Below are positions 40,757 through 54,888 of a stretch of DNA of 64,000 nucleotides, piece after piece. This DNA comes from Octopus vulgaris. Its lineage: Eukaryota. A model generated the notes under the pieces. The model was not told where the DNA came from. It saw only the letters and a list, made by a program, of their open reading frames with translations, and searched no databases. The stretch covers positions 22,940,001 through 23,004,000 of the forward strand of contig OX597840.1 in NCBI GenBank assembly GCA_951406725.2. The letters run 5' to 3'. How positions within the stretch are numbered: position 1 is the stretch's first letter; each line of letters starts with the position of its first letter. The position numbers and the translations under genes were made by a program.

Positions 40757-41503
40757 ATGTACAAAATGTCATTTTCAGAAAAACGTAAATCCAGTAAACA
40801 CCAAGAAATTCATACAAGTCAAGACCCATATCGCTGTGATATCTGTGGTAAATCATTCTCTGTTAGCGGTAGCTTAACGAAACACAAACGTATTCATACT
40901 GGAGAGAAACCATATCACTGTGATATCTGTGGTAAATCATTGTCTGACAGGAGTGGCTTAATTCAACACAAACGTACTCATACAGGTGAGAAACCATATC
41001 ACTGTGATATCTGTGGTAAATCATTCTCTGTTGGCAGTAGCTTAACGAAACACAAACGTATTCATACAGGCGAGAAACCATATCGCTGTGATATCTGTGG
41101 TACATCATTCTCTGCTGGCAGTAACTTCACTGCACATAAACGTATTCACACAGGTGAGAAACCATATCGCTGTGATATCTGTGGTAAATCATTCTCTGTT
41201 GGCAGTAGCTTAACTGCACATAAACGTATTCATACAGGTGAGAAACCATATCACTGTGATATCTGTGGTAAATCATTCTCTGTTGGCAGTAGCTTAACTA
41301 AACACAAGCGTATTCATACAGGGGAGAAACCCTACCACTGTGATATCTGTGGTAAATCATTCTCTGTTGGCAGTAACTTGATTGCACATAAACGTATTCA
41401 CACAGGTGAGGAACCATATTCCTGTGACATCTGTGGTAAATCATTCTCACAAAAACATCACTCAATTAAACACAAGTGTAATCGTTGTGAAGTTGATCCA
41501 TAA
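40757..41503 (+). CDS. Poly-C2H2 zinc-finger protein, 248 aa, 7 fingers + atypical terminal finger; ancestral start is ATA at 40718
   Basis: C2H2 repeats; upstream in-frame [13 protein letters not shown] aligns to [13 protein letters not shown]. Confidence 0.85.
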   Translation: MYKMSFSEKRKSSKHQEIHTSQDPYRCDICGKSFSVSGSLTKHKRIHTGEKPYHCDICGKSLSDRSGLIQHKRTHTGEKPYHCDICGKSFSVGSSLTKHKRIHTGEKPYRCDICGTSFSAGSNFTAHKRIHTGEKPYRCDICGKSFSVGSSLTAHKRIHTGEKPYHCDICGKSFSVGSSLTKHKRIHTGEKPYHCDICGKSFSVGSNLIAHKRIHTGEEPYSCDICGKSFSQKHHSIKHKCNRCEVDP

Positions 41504-43180
41504 CACAGTGACATTGGTTGTATAACATTCCTTGAGAAGGACGAGTTTGTATCTCATAAAACCCTCTACACAAGATAGAAACTATATGAATGTGATATCA
41601 ATGGTAAGCCTTTCATTTGAAATCATCCATTAACGAATCAAAAGAGCATTGACAGAGGAAGGAAAACATATCACTGTGATAGCAGTGCTTAATCATTCTA
41701 TGAAAATGGAGAATTATACACAGTCATATTAATATGAAAGATAAACCCATACCCTAAGACATTTGTGCTAAATCAATCTATGAAAATGATCAATTATTAA
41801 AACATAACTGCATTTATACAGAAGAGGAACCATATCACTACAATGATGATAATCATCATCATTTAAAATTCGCTTTTCCATGCTTCAATGGATCAGATGG
41901 AATTCATTGATGGAGATTTTCCTGAGCTGTGTACCCTTTCTTGTCACCAATCCTCACCTGTTTCCAAGCAAGGAAATATTTTCCCTGGTGAGACATAATT
42001 TACGCAGAGGACTGGAAATGAAGAACTACACAAGTATGACGGTCATGATGGCCATTTACGGACATCACATAATATCTGGACAAGGGTACACTCACTTATG
42101 CATACACACTCACACACGTGTATATATGTATGTATGAAGAATTTCTTATAGGAGATATTTTACATGTTTTCTCTTTGTCTAAAAGTTTGTAATTCCTATT
42201 AGGTAATGAAACATATGTAATGCTGAATAAATACTATCAAACTGTTTTCCAGTCTCCTTATGTGATATGTAATTACTCTGCAAAAAATATTATCCAAACC
42301 TCAGACAAAAATAATATTTATGTATATATATAATAACCAGCTTGTTTGTACAGCTGTTATGCTTTCATTAGATTAGTGGAATAAATGAGGGGTGGGGACA
42401 AGTGGGGAAAAGGGAGGGAGAAATAGAGTAAGGTGATCTTATAATAATTCTGCTTCTCATTCTGTTACTTAGCTCGTCAGTAACACTTTCATGTTATTAG
42501 AGAAAAGGGGGTAGAGAGAGAAAAGATGATAAGACAAAGAGTGAGACAAATAGAGAAAGAAAGAAAAGGGAGAGACAAAAGACTAAGAAAGAAGCAAGCA
42601 TGACATGTGATAGGGGGAATGTAATAGTTATTTTATGGTTAAAAAAGCTAGCTGAAGGTTGTGATATAGAGAAGAGTTAGAAATATAATCTTAGCAGAGG
42701 GGTGATGTTCTGATGGTGAGATTAAAGAAAGGCACAGAGAGAGAGAGAGATGATGGTGGTGGTGTGTTCATAGTGAAAAAGAATTTCTTTTTTTCATAGA
42801 GACCATCACTCAACACTTGCACTTCTTTGCAATTATTTATCACCTTCTCACTTAAGAGATTGATATTTGTTTCTAAGGATTAATTTAGCCTAAACTATGG
42901 ATTCACAAGAGACACAGTTGCAAGCTGCCTGGGAAAAGATGCACAGATCTAGAGCATGGAACACTAAGAAGATATAATAAAAAAGAGGAAAAAGATGACA
43001 CCGATGGTGTTGTGAGGAATTGGATGTAGACAGATGCCAAGTATATTCAAAGAAAGCTAAAACTATGAATGCTATAAAAATGCAAATCATCCTCTCTTTC
43101 TTAAATAGGTCCTCTTAATTTTTTTCCTTCTGTAGAATTTCCATGGGTCCCACTAGTAATTAATAATAAACTAAAGTGGC

Positions 43181-43385
43181 GAACTGGCAGGGTCGTTAGC
43201 ACATTGGGGAAAATGCTTAGCTGTGGTTCTTCTGACATGACATTTGCATTTAAATTCTGCCAAGGTGGACTTGTGCTTTTAGGGGTTGGTGGAAATAAGC
43301 AACGGTTGAGCACTGGAATCGACATATTCAACTTAACACACACATACACCCGTGGAATTGCTGGCCTTGTGCCAAAATTTGAAAA
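43181..43385 (+). mobile_element. SINE remnant
   Basis: TGGCAGGGTCGTTAGC A-box-like head and GCTGGCCTTGTGCCAAAATTTGAAA tail; recognised by pattern only. Confidence 0.45.
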
Positions 43386-45399
43386 CAGTATGAACTTTAA
43401 TGTCGACTTCTTGCTCTTGCCTGTGATAATGCCAGAAGCACGTTGGCTTGCTTCAGTAGGTTCTGTTGAACCTTGGTGTGTGGCCAACTGAGGAATTCTA
43501 TCAAAGACTTTCTCCTGGCCAACAAGTACCAAGTATAATGGTTTATTCACAACTAAATACTTGTATTGCAGTTGTAAGTAGGCAGACCTATACACACACA
43601 CACACATATATTACATTAAAAATGAACTTCAATCTTGCTTCCAATGTTACATAGCCAAAATGGCACATAATGGGGAAAATACTAAGAATTAAGACTTTCC
43701 TGAAATGTGAATACAAACGGAATAAAATAAGTTTCGTGTGAATTGGACAACTGGTTCTTGAGATATTAGCAGTTTTGGTGGGTATAAATACCCAAAACAG
43801 TGCATATTGGGAAAATACACCAAAAATAACTTAACCCTGAAAAGGAAGGATTTCTAGCCTTTCGGTTAGACACATTATGACTAACTTGCCAACAAAAAAA
43901 GTTGTTTTTACAGGAAATGTTTCTATATTTTAACTTTCTTTAAACAGACAATTTTATTTATTTTTTTATTATTTTCAATTGAATACCATTACGAATATTG
44001 TTTTGGCATATTTAAAAAGTATTTCAAAGTGAAAATGGCTTTAGAAATACTGTAAATATTTCGTAAAAGACCTGTTCATAACCTCACTGTGAAATAAATT
44101 CTTTCCATAGGTTTTATTCAAGTGCATTCAATGTATCTCATCTCCAAAGATTCGGTTGCTATATCTAGCATGCCCTGTTACCATACAACAGCTATTTACG
44201 ATACAGGACTCAAAATAGCTGTTATGTGGTAGCAGGGCATGCAAGAAATAGCGGCCGAATCTTTCTTTTTCTGAGGAAAGGAGCCGTTTACGTATAATTT
44301 CAATGTCATACATTGAAAACATGTAAAATAACCCAGAAAAAAACAAAACTCTGTTGGTGGGAAACCCCAAGGTCCCCCACCACCCCTCCCCCTTTCTTTT
44401 CTGGAAGAATGTGGCGGGTCGTGGGTTTGGACTGAGCATCGTTGAATGCACTCAAAAAAACGTGTGGAAAAATTATTTCACACCAAAGTACAAACGGGTC
44501 CTTTATGAAAAAGAAAGGATGGGTCATTCAAAGCTTTCTGTCCCCTGTAAAGAACCAGGTCATCCTTGCAATTTCGGCTGATTAATCTTGAGATTGCTCC
44601 AATCTGGCCAGCCCCAAGGAAAAAGTAAGCTAAGAGCATCAGATTCCTTGGAAGAAAGCATGGAATGTATACGAAAATAAGGACGGAAAAACAGACGATG
44701 TTACACAAATATAGATACAAAATACAATAAAAATATTAATAACAAAAACAGGACATAACAACAGGTGTCTTTCGACTGGGGACGAATTGAATTCAGCTGG
44801 TGTGTGTGGGAATGAAGCCTTACGGCAGAGATACAGGGCTTCCACCAACACACGGAAGAATATCGATGTTGCACTGACCGTGGTCAGACGCAAAAAGAGG
44901 GTTAGCTGTCTGGCCTATCGGTCACGTGGGAAGAGAAGAGAGAGAAAAAGAGGAACAAAAGAATTAAGGAGGGGAAAGAGAAGAGAGAGAGTTGTAGATT
45001 TGTTCTACTGCAAGCGGTGCTCCAGCATGGCCGCAGTCGAATGACTGAAACAAAAGTAAAATTACCATGTGAAGAATACAGATTCACAAATATCTGACAA
45101 CACGTGTTGCCATGCTCAAAATGATAGCTTCCAAACCGTTTTGTGAATGAGTAAACATAATCGAACTTTAAACCATTGTAACTTAAAAACAACTTTTGGA
45201 TCTTATCGGTTTGAACGGCAGTTTTTTCTAGCAGTGTCATATGAAATTGTCACCCATAATTATGACCCTAGTATCGATCTATTGCATTTCAATGTGTTTT
45301 AGGGTTGGGGTTTTCACCTCAATAGACGTCATTGATTGGTTGAAATTGAAGGAAAAAAACATCAAATATCTAATTTTTTTTATGAAAAATGTGGATTTT

Positions 45400-45725
45400 T
45401 CCAATGTTATCACATGTCATACACAACACTGCATTTGCCATTACCCTCCTCCCACAGACACCACATGGATCCACCTTACTCACCAACACTTCTCCTTCCA
45501 CCCCACTCACTATCACCTTTGTTTTCCCAAGGTTTACCTTCAAACCCTTGCTTTCAAATGCCTCCTTCCATTTCCAAAACTTCTCTCTCATCAGAACAAG
45601 GTCATCTGCATACAGTATCTCCATTTACAGTCTCTTTCATGCATTCTCCTTCTCCACATCAACCACTATTGCAAACAACAATGGTGACAACACAGATCCC
45701 TGATGCACACCAACTTTCACCACAA
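45400..45725 (-). pseudogene. RTE-clade LINE RT fragment
   Basis: EILYADDLVLM...ESKGLKVNLGKTKV...PCGVC. Confidence 0.8.
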
Positions 45726-45746
45726 ACAAGCTGGTTACTATATATA

Positions 45747-47690
45747 TCATCATCATCATCATCATCATTTCATTTAACGTCCGCTCTCCATGCTAGCATG
45801 GGTTGGACGGTTCAACTGGGGTCTGGGGAGCCCGAAGGCTGCACCAGGCCAGTCAGATCTGGCAGTGTTTCTACAGCTGGATGCCCTTCCTAACGCCAAC
45901 CACTCCGAGAGGGTAGTGGGTGATTTTATGTGCCACCGATACAGGTGCCAGACGAGGCTGGCGAACGGCCACGCTCGGATGGTGTTTTTTATGTGCCACC
46001 GACACAGGTGCCAGATGGCCACGCTCGGATGGTGTTTTTATGTGCCACCGACACAGGTGCCAGATGAGGCTGGCGAACGGCCACGATCGAATGGTGTTTG
46101 TTACGTGCCCACAGCACGGAGGCCAGTCGATGCGGTACTGGCTACGGCCACGTTCGGATGGTTTTCTTGTGTGCCACCGGCACTGGTACCACAAAGATAC
46201 AAATTCCATTGATGTTCATCTATTTTGATTTGTTTTGATTTTCACTTATCTCAACAGGTCTTCACAAGTGTCACAAGAAGGAAGGTATGCACAGGTGGAC
46301 TGACTACGTCCCAGGTAGGGGCCACGGGTTATGGCCTGACTAGTCTTGCCGGGTCTTCGGAAGGTATTTTTATGTGCCACCGACACAGGTGCCAGATGAG
46401 GCTGGCGAACGGGCACGATCGGATGGTGTTTGTTACGTGCCCACAGCACGGAGGCCAGTCGATGCGGTACTGGCTACGGCCACGTTCGGATGGTTTTCTT
46501 GTGTGCCACCGGCACTGGTACCACAAAGATACAAATTCCATTGATGTTCATCTATTTTGATTTGTTTTGATTTTGATTTTGATTTTCACTTGCCTCAACA
46601 GGTCTTCACAAGTGTCACAAGAAGGAAGGTATGCACAGGTGGACTGACTACGTCCCAGGTAGGGGCCACGGGTTATGGCCTGACTAGTCTTGCCGGGTCT
46701 TCGGATGGTGTTTTATGTGCCACCGACACAGGTGCCAGATGAGGCTGGCGAACGGCCACGATCGGATGGTGTTTGTTATGTGCCCACAGCACGGAGGCCA
46801 GTCGATGCGGTACTGGCTACGGCCACGTTCGGATGGTTTTCTTGTGTGCCACCGGCACTGGTACCACAAAGATACAAATTCCATTGATGTTCATCTATTT
46901 TGATTTGTTTTGATTTTCACTTGCCTCAGCAGGTCTTCACAAGTGTCACAAGAAGGAAGGTATGCACAGGTGGACTGACTACGTCCCAGGTAGGGGCCAC
47001 GGGTTATGGCCTGACTAGTCTTGCCGGGTCTTCTAACGCACAGCATACTTCCATAGGTCTCGGTCTCTAGTCATTTCCTTGGTGAGACCTAAAGTTCGAA
47101 GGTCGTGCTTCACCACCTCGTCCCAGGTTTTCCTGGGTCTACCTCTTCCACAGGTTCCCTCAACTGCTAGGGTGTAGCACTTTTGCACACAACTATCTTC
47201 AGCCATTCTCGTCACATGACCATACCAGCGCAGCCGTCTCTCTTGCACACCACAACTGACGCTTCTTAGGTTCAACTTTTCTCTCATGGTACTTACACTC
47301 TGACGATTATGAACACTGACATTACACATCCATCGGAGCATACTGGCTTCATTTCTTGCGAGCTTACGCATATCCTCAGCAGTCACGGCCCATGTTTCAC
47401 TACCATGTAGCATGGCTGTACGTACGCATGCATCATACAGTCTGCCTTTTACTCTGAGCGAGAGGCCTTTTGTCACCAGCAGGGGTAAGAGCTCTCTAAA
47501 CTTTGCCCAGGCTATTCTTACTCTAGCAGTTACACTATCAGCACACCCACCCCTGCTACTGACTTGGTCTCCTAGGTAGCGGAAGCTATCAACTACTTCT
47601 AGTTTTTCTCCCTGGAACGTGGTAGAAGTTGGTCTCTGCACATTTCCAGTGTTTATTGCCCCTGAGCATCTGCCACAGACAAAAACTATT
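45747..47690 (-). mobile_element. 5'-truncated RTE-clade LINE with tandemly amplified 3'UTR and (ATG)n tail
   Basis: ORF 47033-47641 VDSFRYLGD...LHGSETW...RRLRWYGHV...GRGRPRKTW; (CAT)n at 45747-45767. Confidence 0.88.
46026..47032. repeat. Three ~331-343-bp tandem copies built from ~60-bp subrepeats
   Basis: Repeated ORF text CHRHRCQMRLANGHDRMVF...DVHLF; junction GCCGGGTCTT at ~46358, ~46701 and ~47032. Confidence 0.9.
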
Positions 47691-47700
47691 TATATATATA

Positions 47701-48193
47701 CTGTAAATCCTCGAGTATAGTCCGCCCTTGAGTATAACACCTAAACCTAAACCTAGTGTATAATACACACCCCTTCTCTAACTTGAGTCATGCGTCATTA
47801 AGCCAGCAGCACCTAGTCAAACAAACACTTCCACGCATGCGTAATACAATAATGGTGATGTTTTTAACTGTTATATGGGAATGTAAATATGTTTGCAAAT
47901 TGTTTTTGTTACATGTTATTCTGTGTTCTGAATACTTTTATTTTAATATATGTTGCTTATTGCAAGTTATGGATGATTATTTTATGACTTCATTGCTTTC
48001 AGGCTTAGCTTAAGGTATTTTCGCGCCTGACAGCACAAAATGCGTCTGAATAAACATTGCATGACAGCAAAATAGAGACTCGGACATTGCTTAGAAAATA
48101 TTTTTCAATTTTAACCTGGTATATAGTACACACTAGGGATTTTGACCGATAAATTTTGGGAAAACAATGCGGATTATACTCAAGGATTTACGG
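47701..48193. mobile_element. Tc1/pogo-type MITE
   Basis: TA|CTGTAAATCCTCGAGTATAGTCCGC ... GCGGATTATACTCAAGGATTTACGG|TA. Confidence 0.8.
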
Positions 48194-48973
48194 TATAGAT
48201 ATATATTATTTTTGTGGGCGGTTTGGATGATATTTTTTGCAGAGTAATTACATAACACATAAGGACAGTGGAGAAAAGTTTGATATTATTTATTCAGCAT
48301 TACATGTGTTTCATTTCCTAATAGGAATTACAAACTATTAGATGTGTAGAAAACATATAAGATATAAGAAAATCTTCAGACATACATAAGTGTGTGTGTG
48401 TGTGCACCCTTGTCCAGATATTATGTGGTGTTCATAAATGGCCATCATGACCGTCATACTTGTGTAGTTGTTCATTTCCAGTCTTCTGTGTAAAATATGT
48501 CTCACCAGGGAAAATATTTCCTTGCTTGGAAACGGAAGTTATCAATGAATTCAATCTGATCCATAGAAGAATATAAAAGTGAATGTTAAATGATGAGGAT
48601 CATCATCATCGTAGTGATTTGGTTCCTCTTCTGTTTGAATTCATTTACGTTATAATTGATCATTATCAGATATCTTAGGGTATGGCATATTCTTCATATT
48701 AACAGGACTGTGTATAATTAATTCACCATTTTGAAAGAATGATTCAGGTTTAACATCACAGTGATATGTTTTCCTTCCTCTGTCAATGCTCTTTTGATTC
48801 AATAATGGATGATTTCATGTCAAAGATTTACCATAGATGTCACATTCATATAGTTTCTATATTCTGTGGATGTCTTTATGAGATACGTCCTTTGTCCTTC
48901 TGAGGAAATGTTGTACAAGAAATATCACTGTGTTATGGACCCACTTCATAAGGAACGACTTCTGTTTAAATCA

Positions 48974-49108
<135 letters not shown>

Positions 49109-49183
49109 CTACCCTGTATGAATACGGTTGTGGTGAATGAAGCCACTGTTCTGAGAGAATGATTTACCACAAATATTACAAGG

Positions 49184-50053
49184 TTATGGTTTGTCCCCTG
49201 TATGAATATGTTTGTGATTAGTCAAACTAGATGTTTGAGAGAATGATTTACCACAGATATCACAGTGATATGGTTTCTCACCTGTATGAATACGCTGGTG
49301 CTTCGTTAAGTTACGTCCATCAGAGAAGGATTTACCACAGATATCACAGTGATATGGTTTCTCACCTGTATGAACACGTATGTGAGTAGTTAATTCACCT
49401 CCTCGAGAAAATGATTTACCACAGATATCACAGTGAAATGGTTTCTCACCTGTATGAATGAGTTTGTGTCTAGTTAAGTTACTTCCCTCATAGAATGATT
49501 TACCACAGATATCACAGTGAAATGTTTTCTCACCTGTATGAATGCGCTTGTGAGCAGTTAAGCTACCACTATGAGAGAATGATTTACCACAGATATCACA
49601 GGAATAAGGCTGCTCTCCTGTATGAACCCGTTTGTGTTGAGTTAAGTTAGCTTCTTGATAGAATGATTTACCACAGATATCACAGTGGTATTGTTTGTCC
49701 GCTGTATGAATACGTTTGTGAGTAGCTAAGAAATTATAACGAGAGAATGATTTACCACAGATATCACAGTGATATGGTTTCTCCCCTGTATGAATACGTT
49801 TGTGAGTAGTTAAGTTAGAGTTTTGAGAGAATGATTTACCACAGATATCACAGGTAAATGGTTTCTTCCCTGTATGAATATGCTTGTGTTTTGTTAAGTT
49901 CCTGCCATGATGGAATGATTTACCACAGATATCACAGGGATATTGTTGTTCCCCTGCATGGATTTGTTTGTGTAGATTGAATTTACTTTCTTCTAAGAAT
50001 GACTCTTTGCAGATGTCACAGTCATATGATGATTCTCTTAATTCTTCCGACAT
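49184..50053 (-). CDS. Poly-C2H2 zinc-finger protein, 289 aa, 10 fingers; further in-frame finger after the TAA
   Basis: C2H2 repeats; acceptor at 50486-50485. Confidence 0.9.
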   Translation of the reverse strand: MSEELRESSYDCDICKESFLEESKFNLHKQIHAGEQQYPCDICGKSFHHGRNLTKHKHIHTGKKPFTCDICGKSFSQNSNLTTHKRIHTGEKPYHCDICGKSFSRYNFLATHKRIHTADKQYHCDICGKSFYQEANLTQHKRVHTGEQPYSCDICGKSFSHSGSLTAHKRIHTGEKTFHCDICGKSFYEGSNLTRHKLIHTGEKPFHCDICGKSFSRGGELTTHIRVHTGEKPYHCDICGKSFSDGRNLTKHQRIHTGEKPYHCDICGKSFSQTSSLTNHKHIHTGDKP

Positions 50054-51218
50054 CTCTTCAAGAAAAATATAATCAATCCTTCAAGTTGTACAGATCAACA
50101 ACTTTTCAAAAATATTTCTCCTCTCACCAAAATATATGGATATTTTGCTTCTTTTTGCTTTAATAGTTAATTCCAAACAAATATCACTTCTTTTATATTT
50201 CTTCTAAATGTGATCAATGCCAATATGTAAAAATGCCGCAAATACTCTTTGTAAATCTATCAAAGTATATTTAAAAGAGAAAATTATCTCTTGCACATTT
50301 CAGACACAAAAGTAAAGAAATGCTTTCTCTCTCTCAGAGGAAATATTTTACTGTAATTCAGCAATGTTTTATAGAAGCAGGATTATACATTTGTAGAATA
50401 TCTTTGCAGAGTCTTTCAAACATGATACATATTGATGCTTCTTTAAAAGTAAAAAATACTTTTTAGCCAATTTCATATGATTTTCTGAAAGAATAGAAAA
50501 AATAATATAAGACATCAAGTATGTTTAAAAGGCAGATATTCAAAAGTGCAAATTTACGACATTTCTGTTTTCATAAATTGTAGAAGTAATTCTGTAACTG
50601 AACTATTAAATTTATCCAATTTCTGCATTAGCAAAATGTTTATATCATAGAGTAGACACATCTATTATAATACCAACTCCTGGAATATAAAGTCTGTCAT
50701 AGAAAACACTTCCACACACACCAATATACATATAAATGACACTAGATTTCTGATGTTTTCATTGCAGTCTTGTATCTTTGTTTGCTAAAATAGATATCGC
50801 TCTTTCTCTACCTTCATCATCATCGTTTAACATCTGCTTTCCACACAGGCATGGGTTGTGAGGTTTGACTGAGGACTGGCAAGCCATGAGGCTGAACAAG
50901 GTTTCAATCTTATCAGGCAAGATTTCTACAGCTGGATGCTGTTTGAGCGTGTAGCGGTTGCCTTTTATGTGCCACGGAGCCAGTCAGGTAGCATTGGCAC
51001 CGACCATGCTTGAAAGGAGCTCTGTATGTGCCACCGGCATGGGTACAAGTCAGGCAGCACTAGCATCAATCATGCTCGAATGGTACTTTTTACATGCCAC
51101 CTGCATGGGAGCCATATATACAAATACATATATATATATATAATAATAATATTAGGGAATAAATTCAAACATACAACGAAAAATTAGATTTAGGATTAAA
51201 TGCAATTTTATAGTATAA

Positions 51219-51509
51219 ATATATTATATTATATTAAATTAGAGATAAAACCACTATTAGGCAAGTCAAACAGTGAAAAACATAGGCCAATACATAAAAT
51301 TAATTAAAAAATATAAAAGTTAAAATAAAATAATATATAAATATAAAAATATAAATACATACACACACATATATATATATATTTAAAATTTACAAGTTTA
51401 AATTATTTAAATAATTTTCTAAATTTTAACTTTTATATTTTTAAATTAATTTTAAATATTGGCTAAAGTTTGATTTGCCTAATAGAGGTTTTATTTCTAA
51501 TTTAATATA

Positions 51510-51520
<11 letters not shown>
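51219..51520. repeat. AT-rich inverted repeat (~100-bp arms)
   Basis: TTAAATTAGAGATAAAACCACTATTAGGCAA vs TTGCCTAATAGAGGTTTTATTTCTAATTTAA; another arm copy at 27531-27575. Confidence 0.7.
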
Positions 51521-51551
<31 letters not shown>

Positions 51552-51589
51552 TTTATAAAAATATGGTAAACTGAAAGAATGTGTGCGAA

Positions 51590-52030
51590 GGGACAGACAT
51601 ACATATACACATACACCGAGTACATACATACATACATACACACACACACATACATAGATACATACACACACACACATACATACACACACACATACTTACA
51701 CACACACACACACACATAGATACATACACACACACACATACATGCAGACATACATATACACATACACCGAGTAAAAAATTACACTGAATCGACCATACAT
51801 ACATACACACATACATACATACACATACACACATACATAGATACATACACACACACACATACATGCAGACATACATATACACATACACCGAGTAAAAAAT
51901 TACGATGAATCGGCCATACATACATACATACACACACACATACTTACACACACACACATACATAGATACATGCATACATACATATACACATACATGCATA
52001 CATACATATACACATACACCGAGTAAAAAA
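51590..52030. repeat. Tandem ~120-140-bp CA/CATA-rich units ending CATACACCGAGTA
   Basis: CACCGAGTA recurs at about 51615, 51765, 51886 and 52017; single copy in the paralog at 61308-61430. Confidence 0.8.
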
Positions 52031-52674
52031 TCAGTTATCTCTCTCTTTCACACATTACTCTCTCTGTCTCTTCGCACACACTAACAGAAGCACTTCACTG
52101 ACACAACATACTGTCTGTCTCCCACACCTCATCAAACACACACAGGCCGATTTCAAAGAGAAACCTTCTCGTCATAAAATCGCTTCCTCTTAGTCTCTTT
52201 CGCTCTCATTACTTATGTAAAAAAATAAAAGTTTTTTACGGAAATCGACGGAAATCTGTGCTACGACATGCGAAACTTCGCCCATATATAATGCCTTAAA
52301 TCTCAACAACGGACCATTGAATGTGTTTATGTGAAAAAAGATATCGAAAAACATTAGCACGTAAGAGTGAGAAAGAAACTCGGAAGGTATCTGGTGGTCG
52401 TGGGGTGCGCGATAAATAACAGCTAAATTGCTCTTCAATCGGTTTTTCCCCTTCTTTGTTGGTTTCATAACCGTTTGAATCCTTGCATGTACAGCAGAAA
52501 TACGCAGAAATTTTCTGAAAATTCCCCCAAAATAAAAATGTGATAAGCGGTTACATTGGGTGCTTAAAGAAAGATTCCTTTGAAAATAGATATAAATTGT
52601 AAGTTGTAATGATGGAGAAGAACCTTCGGAAATAAAGACTTCCTAGGTTTTAAATAAAATCAGTTCCATTTCTT

Positions 52675-52743
52675 CTGTTTCTTGCATGTAGGTCCTGTAT
52701 TTGTCCTTCTATGTAACGATTGTATAATCATAATAAAGAAATA
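52675..52743 (+). mobile_element. 3'-terminal remnant of the Tx1 element at the same target
   Basis: Nearly identical to 14455-14523; followed by AAGAGTTAGTTCCCCTTG 52744-52761. Confidence 0.85.
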
Positions 52744-53035
52744 AAGAGTTAGTTCCCCTTGTCAAAACTCTTCCTCATTAATTGTATTTCTTGTTCTTGT
52801 TTCTCACGCACCTTCATTGTTTGATCAGTTCCACTTTACGACTGATATTTAAGAGAAAATCCAATCAAATATATACAAATGATTCGTAATTAACTGTCTA
52901 AAGAAACAAATACTACATTTATGATTATGTGGACCTGCGAAATACGAAGTAACGTTCTTTGGAAAAAGGAAGAAATTCTCTTGAAGCTGTCAGTGTCCGC
53001 TCTGACTCGTTGACTCTCTTTATATCAATTACTAT
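52744..53035 (+). promoter_or_regulatory. ZNF-unit head motif + exon 1 of the 54.9k gene (donor 53036; acceptor 54458-54459)
   Basis: Homology to 14525-14850. Confidence 0.6.
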
Positions 53036-53997
53036 GTAAGTATTATAAAGACATTTCTATTGTATTAAGTATCATATTACGTACATCTGTTTGTTTCCTT
53101 GTGTTGAATAAGTCAAAAGAAAGAATCTCACTAAACAAAGACGAAATTATATGAAAGTAAGGCTGTTCTTTTAATAATTACGATGTAATTTGTAAGAAAA
53201 GATGGGGAATGTATAAAAGTACGATTGTGCACTTGAATTACTGAAACGAAAAGGCAATATGGTATACAGACGAAATGAAAGGGCTTTGAATTGAAACAGC
53301 AGAAAGTACCTAATTTGACCAAAAATAAATATAAAAATCCGTTTATATAATATTTTACTCAAAAATTTGTAGATAAGATAAAAAAAAAAATCTACACGAC
53401 ATATAAAATGAAGGCTGATCACTATTGTTTAAAAACTAGCGCCTTGTGAAATTTAGTTTACTCAAATCAGTCAGCAATAATTTAATTTTCATGCTTGAAG
53501 CATTATAAACATTTTTATGTCCATTAAAATATATAGACATTATAATAATAATAATCAAAAAGTCACTGAGAATGGTTTTAAGTGTGGTTTCACATTTTTA
53601 TAATTAGGAAATACAAAACCGAATTAAGAGGAAACATTATCTTAATTGAGTCATATGTCGTTTAAAAAAAGAACATAATAAATCCCTGCTATTTCTAGCA
53701 TGCAAAGTGACTGCATACAGCATGGGTTACCTTTGAGTTTGTTCACTCTTTTCAACAAACTCCCCTCCACAAACACACTCTAGACCGATTTTGGCCCTTC
53801 TTTTCTCCAGACTGATTCTGGCACTCAAAAAACAGGGGAGAAACCCTTTCGGTTAAGAAAAACAATTTTACCTTTTCAGAGGAGAAAGTGTTTGATATAA
53901 GGGCGATTTAGCTTCACCAACTGAAAGAGTGCAAATGAAAGGTAGTTTGGAATCTGCTACAGTGGCACCAGCTTAACGCAACACGAACGTATTAATT

Positions 53998-54180
53998 TAG
54001 AGGAGAAACCAGATCACTGTAATATCTGTGGCAAGTAATTCTATCAAAGAGGTAACTTCACTACTCACACAAGAGTTCATGGAGGGAAGAAGCCATATCA
54101 CTGTGACATCAGTGGTGAATCATTCTCTATTAGTATTTGCCTAACTAGACCCAAGCATACTCAGACCCTGGAGAAAACCC
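53998..54180 (+). pseudogene. Two degenerate C2H2 fingers inside the intron
   Basis: EEKPDHCNICGK*FYQRGNFTTHTRVHGGKKPYHCDISG. Confidence 0.75.
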
Positions 54181-54888
54181 CCTTCAGATGAAAACATCTG
54201 ATATCTAGTGCCATTGACATGTATATTGGTATGTGTGTGTGTCTAGGACAGACTTAATGTCCAGGAGGTGTTATTATAATACATGTGTCTACTCCCTGAT
54301 ATAAACTACTTGAAAATAGAGAGATGGGATAAGTTTAGTAGTTCAGATAAAGGATTGCTTCTATAATTTATGAAAACAGAAATGTCATAAATTTGCACTT
54401 TTGAATATCTGCCTTTTAAACATACTTTATGTCTTATATTATTTTTTCTATTCTTTCAGAAAATCATATGAAATTGGCTAAAAAGTATTTTTTACTTTTA
54501 AAGAATCATCAATATGTATCATGTTTGAAAGACTCTGCAAAGATATTCTACAAACGTATAATCCTGCTTCTAGAAAACATTGCTGAATTACAGTAAAATA
54601 TTTCCTCTGAGAGAGAAAGCATTTCTTTACTTCTGTGTCTGAAATGTGCAAGAGATAATTTCCTCTTTTAAATATACTTTGATGGATTTACAAAGAGTAT
54701 TTGCAGCACTTCTAAATATTGGCAATGATCACATTTAGAAGAAATATAAGAGAAGTGATATTTGTTTGGAATCAGCTGTAAAAGCGAAAAGAAGAAAAAT
54801 ATCCATAAATTTTGGTGAGAGGAGAAATAGTATTGAAAAGTTGTTGATCTGTACAACTTGAAGGATTGATTATATTTTTCTTGAAGAG

